Source: a virus. From it: a stretch of DNA of 40,757 nucleotides. The DNA lies in the IMG/VR virus record IMGVR_UViG_3300045988_038276, one strand, 5' to 3'. The notes beneath the pieces were generated by a model. That model ran no database searches. It saw nothing but the letters and a program-made list of their open reading frames with translations, and was not told where the DNA came from. Each line of letters starts with the position of its first letter. Position 1 is the first letter of the stretch. Shown here in pieces: positions 34,765 through 40,757 of this stretch. A program made the translations under genes and the position numbers.

Positions 34765-35401
34765 AGGTGCTTCTCCTGCGGCGGTACAGCTCGTCGATAA
34801 GGTCCGTGTCGCTGTAATCGGCCAGCGCCTTGCCCTCGTCCTCGGTCTCAACCGATACAAGGATAGAGGATTTCAGATACAAAGCGGGGCGCGGCGCGAA
34901 GTAGGCGAGGAACACGTTGAAGCGGTCCACGGTGCCGTCGGCGACGACGCTGTACGCGTAGTAGTCATTCGAGGCCGGGGAGCTGTTGGTTGTCCAGCCT
35001 GTTGCCAGCCAATAGGGCTTGGAGGTCAGCGGCAGGATGCTGCGGTGCTTGCGGTACTCGTCAATGGTCAGCGCCCGCACGACGGCCAGGGGCTTGCCGT
35101 AGTCCGTCATGCCGTCCATGGTGGTCAGGTCGATGGGCCGCTCCACTACGGCGGAGAAGATGGCCGGGTGCTTGTCCCGCAGCCAGCGCTCCACGGTTTT
35201 GGAAAGCAGGCTGCCCGCGTAGTTGTTGTGGTCCTCACGCTCGGCGTCGTCATCCTCGAACTGGCAGCACTCCGGCAGCGTGTCGGCGGCCACCGCAAAG
35301 GCGGCGTCCAGGTCGTCCTCCAGCTTCACAAACTCCACTCCGTCGAGGGTGAAGCGTTCGCCCCGACGTACCTGTGCCAGGGCCAGGTCCTTCATTTTCA
35401 T
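34751..35401 (-). CDS. DGR target protein 2 (remote paralogue of target 1)
   Basis: The C-terminal sequence SSPASNDYYAYSVVADGTVDRFNVFLAYFAPRPA is encoded by VR2. The 43-aa post-VR tail is the same length as in target 1. Confidence 0.8.
   Translation of the reverse strand: MKMKDLALAQVRRGERFTLDGVEFVKLEDDLDAAFAVAADTLPECCQFEDDDAEREDHNNYAGSLLSKTVERWLRDKHPAIFSAVVERPIDLTTMDGMTDYGKPLAVVRALTIDEYRKHRSILPLTSKPYWLATGWTTNSSPASNDYYAYSVVADGTVDRFNVFLAYFAPRPALYLKSSILVSVETEDEGKALADYSDTDLIDELYRRRRSTYDPD
34883..34983 (-). repeat. DGR variable region VR2
   Basis: 101 nt align to TR 14925-15025 with 18 mismatches, all at TR adenines. Confidence 0.9.
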
Positions 35402-35422
35402 GTCCTTGTCCTCCTCTTTGGT

Positions 35423-35686
35423 TTACTGGCCGCTCTCGGCGGTCGTGGTGGTCCGCCGGTTGCCCCGGCGGCGGATTGCCTCTTGAAACGTCCTTTGAGC
35501 CAGGCGGGGGTCATACTCCGGGCGCTGGTTCTTGTCCAGCTTGCCCGTGTCGCCTCGTCGCAGCTCCTCATAGATCGTTGCGGGGTGGCATCCGATTTTG
35601 TAGGCGATGTCCAGCACGCGGGCTTCCTCCTGGTACATCTTTGCGATTTTCTTTCGGTCCTGGAAATCCAGGTACTTGCAGGCCAT
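35423..35686 (-). CDS. Stand-alone IS30-type N-terminal HTH protein, about 87 aa
   Basis: YLDFQDRKKIAKMYQEEARVLDIAYKIGCHPATIYEELRRG parallels HLTWNDRLTIEKMLREGYSKPQIARYLGVHHSTVYDECRRG of the adjacent transposase. The start MACKY follows AAAGGGGGTG. Confidence 0.55.
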   Translation of the reverse strand: MACKYLDFQDRKKIAKMYQEEARVLDIAYKIGCHPATIYEELRRGDTGKLDKNQRPEYDPRLAQRTFQEAIRRRGNRRTTTTAESGQ

Positions 35687-35707
35687 CACGCGCACCCCCT
35701 TTCCTGG

Positions 35708-35745
35708 GAAAAAATAAAGCCCGAAGGACTGTTTCATCCTTCGGG
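35708..35745 (-). terminator. Intrinsic terminator/attenuator in the leader of the HTH - target 2 - sleB - dcm operon
   Basis: A perfect 9-bp stem, CCCGAAGGA/TCCTTCGGG, is followed by CTTTATTTTTT. It lies between a TTGACA-17-TATCGT box and the ATG at 35686. Confidence 0.55.
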
Positions 35746-35749
35746 TTTT

Positions 35750-35779
35750 ACGATAGCATTTGCGGTGCCAAATGTCAAT
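35750..35779 (-). promoter_or_regulatory. Sigma-70-like promoter (TTGACA-17 nt-TATCGT)
   Basis: Read on the minus strand. It is a paralogue of the box upstream of the transposase. Confidence 0.45.
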
Positions 35780-35818
35780 ACTAAAACCCGAATTTCTTTG
35801 AAAAATTTTTTATAGGCT

Positions 35819-36859
35819 TTATAGGCTTGCAAGAAACACGTTGAAAAGTTCCGCAGAGGTGTGCCAGTCCAGGATTAACCGTGGGTAATTATTTATCCAG
35901 TCCTGGACCCGGCGCACCTCTTTTTGTGTTACCTTACGGAAGTCCGTGCCCTTGGGGAAAAACCACCGGATAAGCTGGTTCTGCTTCTCGTTGCTGCCGC
36001 GCTCTCCGGGGGACCTGGGGTGGCAGTAGTAGACGTGGGTGCGCTTCTCTCCGGGCAGCAGACAGGAGCGCTCCATGCCCTTGCAATCTGCAAATTCGCT
36101 CCCGTTGTCCACGGTGATGCTCTTGAACACCTGGCGGAACATAGCGGTCCCCATGCGGCGCTCCAGTCGGTCCAGAACGCCCACGACGCTGGCGGCGGTG
36201 TCGTCGTGCATCTTGCGGATGATCTCGTCCCGCGTCACGCGTCCGGTGAGGACGCACAGGGCGGCCTTGGTGCCCTTCTTACCCACTACGCTGTCCATCT
36301 CCCAGTGGCCCGGCTCCTCCCGGTTGTTGATGTGCTCCGGGCGATGCTCGATGCTGTCCCCTCTGGGGGCTTTCGCTGCTTTCACGCGGTTGTAGGTCCG
36401 TTTCTGGTCGCTCTTGTAGCGCAGCTCCTTGTTGGTCAGGGGCCACAAGTCCCCGTTCTCGATGTACTTATACACAGTCTGACGGCATAATGTGCAGGAG
36501 AAGGTGGTCTCCGGCGTTTTGCCCAGCATGGAGCAGGCAGCAGACGGGGAGTACCCCTCGGAGATGGTTTTGACCAGCCACCGGGCCAGCCGGTGGTCTT
36601 TGCCTATTTTCAGAGGCTTTTCCATGTTCTTCTTGCGGTCCAGGTGGTAGTCCTTGGCGACATCGGCGGAGTAGGAGATATAGGTGGTCAGGTCGCTACG
36701 TTTCAGCTCCACCGCGCCCCTCCGGCACTCGTCGTAGACCGTGCTGTGATGCACGCCCAGATAGCGGGCGATCTGCGGCTTGCTGTACCCCTCGCGGAGC
36801 ATTTTTTCAATGGTCAATCTGTCGTTCCAGGTCAAGTGTGCGCCCTTATATCTCGGCAT
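35819..36859 (-). mobile_element. IS30-family DDE transposase gene (element ends not defined)
   Basis: N-terminal HTH. The DDE-region motifs HWEMDSV, ITVDNGSEF and ERGSNEKQNQLIRWFFPKG are IS30-like. The start MPRYKG is at 36859. Confidence 0.8.
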
Positions 36860-36899
36860 AGGAAAACCTCCATTTGCAATACTTTTGCATAGCATTTGT

Positions 36900-36932
36900 A
36901 TATCTTTAGCACACTTTTTTCGGCCATGTCAA
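36900..36932 (-). promoter_or_regulatory. Sigma-70-like promoter for the transposase (TTGACA-17 nt-TAAAGA)
   Basis: The minus strand reads TATTGACATGGCCGAAAAAAGTGTGCTAAAGA. It is similar to the 35750-35779 box. Confidence 0.4.
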
Positions 36933-36945
36933 TAGCCCCGGAAGA

Positions 36946-36978
36946 TGCAAAAATCCCCCTACTATCCGTAGGGGGATT
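36946..36978 (-). terminator. Intrinsic terminator after the XRE gene
   Basis: A perfect 11-bp stem, AATCCCCCTAC/GTAGGGGGATT, is followed by TTTTTG on the minus strand. Confidence 0.7.
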
Positions 36979-36988
36979 TCAAAATTTT

Positions 36989-37231
36989 TTATTCTTTTCC
37001 GGTCAGCCAGTCCATCGTCACGCCCAGGACCTCGGCAAAGATCATCAGCTCGTAGTCCGTCACGAAGCGGTCCCCGGTCTCTATCTTGCTGATGGCCTCC
37101 CGCTCGATGAACACGCCCTTGACCTGCATCCTCGCAGCGAGGTCCGCCTGGGAGATGCGTTTGGTCGCCCGCACCTGGTGGATGCGGTCGCCGGAGATAT
37201 TCTTTTGTCCCTCAAAATCGTAAATCTTCAC
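36989..37231 (-). CDS. XRE-family HTH regulator, 80 aa (candidate repressor)
   Basis: ISQADLAARMQVKGVFIEREAISKIETG is an HTH_3 pattern. GTG start after AAGGAGGGG. Confidence 0.7.
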   Translation of the reverse strand: MKIYDFEGQKNISGDRIHQVRATKRISQADLAARMQVKGVFIEREAISKIETGDRFVTDYELMIFAEVLGVTMDWLTGKE

Positions 37232-37280
37232 ACGCAGCCCCTCCTTGGCACCTTGACAGTACCACGGAAAAGGGCTATCT

Positions 37281-37299
37281 TTGTAATAAAGATTTACAA
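37281..37299. promoter_or_regulatory. Palindrome TTGTAA-N7-TTACAA upstream of the XRE gene (candidate operator)
   Basis: Read directly in the AT-rich gap between the endolysin stop and the XRE start. Confidence 0.35.
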
Positions 37300-37333
37300 C
37301 CTTTATCGTTTTGGTACAAAAAGTGGGAATATC

Positions 37334-38110
37334 TCACTTCACGTCCGGCAGCTTGTCCAGCATCCCGGCGGCCTCCAGCAGATTGTAGATGATCTGGGCC
37401 GTGGCCTCGCGGGTGATGGGCTTCTGCCATCCGTAGTTGCCCGCACCGTCTCCGGCGAAGATACCCTTGCGCTTGCAGTAGTCGGTAGCCTCCTTGGCCC
37501 AGGCGGAGGGGTTGTCCCCGGTGTCGGCGCAGCTCGTGAGCTGTTTGGTGTCCATAGCTTCTTCATCCTTTCCGGCCTTTGCGGCCTCCAGTCTTTTGTT
37601 GACTTCTGCGGCGATCTGGCCGTGGCGGCTGTAAAGCCAGTCACCAGGGCAGGCTTTCGCCGCAAACCAGCGGTGGACGGTCATGTTCTGCCGGTCTACC
37701 TGACCTACGAGGTTTTTATCTCCCTTCCAAAGCAGCCTGGGGATGCCGTTGCGCTGGCAGATGTCCACCAGCAGGTCAATGAGGGACTTGTAGGCCGCGT
37801 CGGAGACCGGCCACGGGTCCTTGGCAACGGTGTTCGCCACCTCGATGGTGATAGCCCGATTGTCGTTGCTGGCGGAGGAGGTACACCACGAACGGTTGGC
37901 CTCGTCCACATACAGACCGATGCGCCCATCGCTGCCGATGCCGTAGTTGCTGCTGGCCTGGCGTTCCTTGCTCTGGAACAGCTCGCCGCAGCGCTCCACG
38001 GACAGGTTCCCGGCCATACAGTGGATGGAGATGGTGTCGATGGTGTGCTTGCGCTTGCCGGAATGGTTGGGGGACAGCTTGGTGTAGCTGACCAGCGGGC
38101 TGTTACTCAT
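37334..38110 (-). CDS. Endolysin: N-acetylmuramoyl-L-alanine amidase (Amidase_2/PGRP type) with a C-terminal SLH domain
   Basis: IHCMAG...ASSNYGIGSDGRIGLYVDE...NDNRAITIEV is amidase-like. SAWAKEATDYCKRKGIFAGDGAGNYGWQKPITREATAQ is SLH-like. Confidence 0.8.
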   Translation of the reverse strand: MSNSPLVSYTKLSPNHSGKRKHTIDTISIHCMAGNLSVERCGELFQSKERQASSNYGIGSDGRIGLYVDEANRSWCTSSASNDNRAITIEVANTVAKDPWPVSDAAYKSLIDLLVDICQRNGIPRLLWKGDKNLVGQVDRQNMTVHRWFAAKACPGDWLYSRHGQIAAEVNKRLEAAKAGKDEEAMDTKQLTSCADTGDNPSAWAKEATDYCKRKGIFAGDGAGNYGWQKPITREATAQIIYNLLEAAGMLDKLPDVK

Positions 38111-38420
38111 TGCCCGCACCTTCTTTCAGAACGCCGTGGTTGAGTTCGTAGACGGCGGCCTCAATGAGCGCGTCGATGCGGTCCTCGTCCAGGGTGATGC
38201 CGTGCTCCGCCAGCCAGTTGAGGACGTAGGCTTTCTTCTCCTCGCCGCGCCCGCTGCCACGGTAGATTTGCTCCGCCGCCGTCACGGCGATTTTCACCCA
38301 GGCATTGATCTCCGCCTGCTGCTGGGCCGTGGTCCGGCTCTTGATATAGGGAATGACCACGGCGGTGATGACGGCAGCCACAAGGGCAGCCGCCGCTTCA
38401 ATGATGGTCGTAATATCCAT
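38103..38420 (-). CDS. Holin, LL-H-like
   Basis: An N-terminal transmembrane segment (IIEAAAALVAAVITAVVIPYI) and an ...AEQ...G..K...V tail. It lies immediately upstream of, and overlaps, the endolysin. Confidence 0.55.
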   Translation of the reverse strand: MDITTIIEAAAALVAAVITAVVIPYIKSRTTAQQQAEINAWVKIAVTAAEQIYRGSGRGEEKKAYVLNWLAEHGITLDEDRIDALIEAAVYELNHGVLKEGAGNE

Positions 38421-38435
38421 AATATGCTTCCTCCT

Positions 38436-38705
38436 TTAGCAATCTCGTTTGATTTTCTTCTCCGGCGCGTTGCTCTTGCCGAACACCACCCCGTCGTTGT
38501 GCTCGAAGATGTTCTCCACCACCTTGAGGACGTTCACGCCCAGGATGGTCTCGATGGCCTGCTTGGACAGGTCCACCACCGGGAACACTTGGCCCAGGCG
38601 CACCGTGGCGTACAGGGCGATAAGGTAGGACATTGTGACCCACCCCAGCGCGGCGATCTGCGTTGTCACGAACAGCCGCCGCGTGGTTGTCTTAATGTTC
38701 TTCAT
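38436..38705 (-). CDS. Membrane protein of the lysis cassette
   Basis: Start MKNIKTTT follows GGAGG. The hydrophobic segment is LFVTTQIAALGWVTMSYLIALYATV. Confidence 0.5.
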   Translation of the reverse strand: MKNIKTTTRRLFVTTQIAALGWVTMSYLIALYATVRLGQVFPVVDLSKQAIETILGVNVLKVVENIFEHNDGVVFGKSNAPEKKIKRDC

Positions 38706-38988
38706 CTCGTACCGCCTCCAGATGGTCAATGCGGTGGTGTGCGGACTTGGCGCTGGCCTCCACGGCAGCCAGACGGCCCTCCACCGCTGTGTTGGTCTTG
38801 CGCTGCTCTCGCTGTTCCGTCTTGATCTCGTCCGTGTTGGACTTGATGTACCCCAGCTCTGTCAAAACGGTGCCGAGCTGTTGGCCGCTGCTCCTGTCGT
38901 CTTTCCCCTTGTTTCGGGAGAAGGTGGCATAACTGATGACAGCACCCAGCACCGTGCATACCAGTCCCACAATGATGTTCCACTCCAT
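38692..38988 (-). CDS. XhlA-like membrane plus coiled-coil protein of the lysis cassette
   Basis: The N-terminal transmembrane segment WNIIVGLVCTVLGAVISYATF is followed by a coiled coil. The start is ambiguous (GTG at 38997 or ATG at 38988). Confidence 0.5.
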   Translation of the reverse strand: MEWNIIVGLVCTVLGAVISYATFSRNKGKDDRSSGQQLGTVLTELGYIKSNTDEIKTEQREQRKTNTAVEGRLAAVEASAKSAHHRIDHLEAVRDEEH

Positions 38989-39016
38989 TGGTATCACCTG
39001 CCTTTCCCATTGAGCA

Positions 39017-39047
39017 TATCAAAGCCCCACGTCCTTTTCGCCCCGAA
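39017..39047 (-). promoter_or_regulatory. Conserved promoter-like element, copy 3 (TTCGGGGCGAAAA-N11-TTTGATA)
   Basis: See copy 1. It ends about 20-30 nt upstream of the first lysis-cassette gene. Confidence 0.55.
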
Positions 39048-39079
39048 GCAGATAAAAATTTGAAAGAGAGGAAAACCGA

Positions 39080-39610
39080 ATGAGCTTGAAAATGGGACCC
39101 ATGTTGCTCCCAAGCTATAAGCAGGAATGGGAGAAAATAATGGCGCAACGGTATAAAGATGGAAACTTCCCTTCATCCGGCCCGGATTGTTTCGAGGCTT
39201 GGTTGAGTGAGCGGGCTTACTCGCTGCGGGATAGCTTGAACTATGCAAACGCAAAGGCTGGAAGGGTAGAGCAGGAAGCCCGCGCATATAAAAAACAGCG
39301 CAATATCGCCCTGGTCCTCTGCGTCGTTTTCTTTGCCTTAGCGCTGCTCTTTGCGTTCCGCCCGGCCCAGGCTGCGGCAGAGTTGAAAGAAACTTCGGCA
39401 GTTCCCACCTCACAGGACGATGCTATTACGTTTGCAGAATGGACCAGGAGACAGAACTGCAAGTATGTTGCCAGCGTGAACAGCGATAAATACCACCGGC
39501 TCGCTTGTGATTATGTGGACAACATCCTGGAGGAAAACATGGTCTACTATAAAACGCCCGCAGATGCGGAGCGGGACGGCAAATATGCCTGCTCCGTATG
39601 CAGGCCATGA
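39080..39610 (+). CDS. Membrane-anchored protein with a C-terminal His/Cys putative metal-binding domain (moron)
   Basis: One of only two plus-strand genes. The transmembrane segment is IALVLCVVFFALALLFAF. The tail is KYHRLACDYV...GKYACSVCRP. Local GC is lower than the rest of the genome. Confidence 0.6.
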   Translation: MSLKMGPMLLPSYKQEWEKIMAQRYKDGNFPSSGPDCFEAWLSERAYSLRDSLNYANAKAGRVEQEARAYKKQRNIALVLCVVFFALALLFAFRPAQAAAELKETSAVPTSQDDAITFAEWTRRQNCKYVASVNSDKYHRLACDYVDNILEENMVYYKTPADAERDGKYACSVCRP

Positions 39611-39622
39611 GGAGGAATAGAT

Positions 39623-39991
39623 GTGAAAAAATGTATACTATACATGAAAGTCGTGTTGTTTTTTGTCGTAGCTGTCCTGGTCTGCCTTTGTATTTCCTGG
39701 GTTGGAGATGTTTTCCGGGCGGCATCATATCTTCCTTGGTATAAACTGGTTGGTACTGCTGCGTTGTTGTTTGCGGTCGTCGCAATAGCGATATTGAGCA
39801 TTCATGCTGATAGAAATGATGCAGAGCGGAAAAAGCGGAGGATGGTAATAGAAACAGAATTTGAATGGGGCGGAGAACTGGACAAATATTTCCGTTCACG
39901 CGGGATAGACACGGACGCAGACAAGGCCGATTTTGTAGAGCGTGCGGCTACGGCGGCAGCGTTTGAAGAAAACAAGAAGGGCTGGGATTAA
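39623..39991 (+). CDS. Two-TM membrane protein (moron)
   Basis: GTG start 6 nt after GAGGAGGAA. Two hydrophobic segments. Confidence 0.55.
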   Translation: MKKCILYMKVVLFFVVAVLVCLCISWVGDVFRAASYLPWYKLVGTAALLFAVVAIAILSIHADRNDAERKKRRMVIETEFEWGGELDKYFRSRGIDTDADKADFVERAATAAAFEENKKGWD

Positions 39992-40006
39992 CTCCCGGCC
40001 CTTCTT
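39974..40006. terminator. Bidirectional hairpin between convergent genes
   Basis: AAGAAGGGC-T-GGGA / TCCC-G-GCCCTTCTT spans both stop codons (39989-39991 on plus, 40010-40012 on minus). Confidence 0.6.
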
Positions 40007-40009
40007 TCT

Positions 40010-40757
40010 TTACCATTCGCTGGTGTAGACGGTCCCCCAGAGGAAAGCCCGCTGCTCGTCGGTCAGGCCGGAGAAGTCCTCCAGCCATTCCCGCACATGG
40101 TCGCTCTTGGCCTCGCCCTTCACGGTCTTGCCGTCTGCGTCCTTGGTCCCTTCCATCTCGTTGTAGGCGGTGTGGAACAGGACGTACTCCCAGGGTTCGA
40201 TGCCCTGGGCCTCTGCGTCGTCGGCCTGGGCCATCCACTTGGTGCCGACCTCGTACTGTCCGTCGGAATGGTCCGCCAGGGCGCTCTTGTCGGCCAGATC
40301 ATAGGCCGCCTTGAGCACCTTGTCGCGGGTCTCGTCGTCCATTCCCCGGAAAATAGGGCTGCTCGTCAGGTCGTCTGCCATGCTGCGGTAGTCGCTGGCC
40401 CGCTGGTCGGAGTATGCCTGGTAGGCGCTGCTGCCCAGGTCGTCCGCGCCGAAGGTTTCCTCCTTCTCCTTGGCCGGGGCGTATTTGTCCCGGCTGCCGA
40501 TAAGGTCCCGCGCCCTCTGGGGCAGGGTGTAGTCCGGGTCCTTCTCAACGGCCTTGTTGTAGCGGCTCCGCATGGCGCTGTCGATGCTTGCGCCGTCCAC
40601 GCCCATGCTGTTCATCAGGTCGTCCCTGATGTGCTGGTAGGTGTCCATGTCGCCCTGCTCCAGCGCCCGGTACAGAATGGCGTAATAGCGGTTCTTGTTG
40701 CCGGTATTGGAGATGTTGTAGATAGCCTTTTCCATCTCATACTGGAGCGGAATGTTG
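40010..40757 (-). CDS. C-terminal end of the giant 3063-codon ORF; the last 141 nt duplicate bases 1-141
   Basis: Track ORF 40010-40735 begins at an internal Met (MEKAIYNISNTG). The same frame stays open upstream across the junction into 1-8585. Confidence 0.8.
   Translation of the reverse strand, partial: NIPLQYEMEKAIYNISNTGNKNRYYAILYRALEQGDMDTYQHIRDDLMNSMGVDGASIDSAMRSRYNKAVEKDPDYTLPQRARDLIGSRDKYAPAKEKEETFGADDLGSSAYQAYSDQRASDYRSMADDLTSSPIFRGMDDETRDKVLKAAYDLADKSALADHSDGQYEVGTKWMAQADDAEAQGIEPWEYVLFHTAYNEMEGTKDADGKTVKGEAKSDHVREWLEDFSGLTDEQRAFLWGTVYTSEW
40617..40757. repeat. Terminal overlap, identical to 1-141
   Basis: Read directly. Confidence 0.95.

Noticed and set aside
12962-34983. Three GC-rich 100-120-nt repeats as a possible CRISPR array or IS ends
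   Set aside because: They are widely spaced, lie inside coding sequence or next to an RT, and differ only at adenines. These are DGR TR and VR copies, not CRISPR repeats.
35780-36940. Calling a complete IS30 element with defined inverted repeats
   Set aside because: The similar flanking sequences are in direct, not inverted, orientation. I found no terminal IRs or target duplication, so only the transposase gene is annotated.

Overview
The window is a complete, circularly closed, high-GC dsDNA phage genome. Bases 1-141 are identical to 40617-40757, so the unique length is 40616 bp. All but two genes lie on the minus strand, in tightly overlapping operons. Reading down the minus strand: lysis cassette (38997-37334), XRE regulator, IS30-family DDE transposase plus a stand-alone IS30-type HTH, a second DGR target, a SleB-like hydrolase, Dcm methylase, recombination/replication genes (YqaJ-type exonuclease, DUF1351, RecT, DUF4373, G39P-like loader), a MazF-like toxin, terminator, terS, terL, portal, Prp protease, scaffold, N4-type major capsid, collagen-like fibres, a diversity-generating retroelement (avd-TR-RT-target), four structural genes, then a 3063-codon ORF that wraps the contig junction. 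The ORF track misses that ORF because it has no in-window stop. No tail tube, tape measure, tyrosine/serine integrase, tRNA, rRNA or CRISPR array was seen. Best leads: one TR feeding two VRs about 20 kb apart, with every mismatch at a TR adenine; the giant ORF and a frame and codon-bias anomaly inside it; a conserved promoter-like element ahead of the packaging, head and lysis operons; a Dcm gene with a G9 tract and a second motif-bearing frame. Family calls are motif-level readings by eye, with no searches run. Non-CDS coordinates were anchored to ORF-track coordinates and may be off by 1-2 nt.
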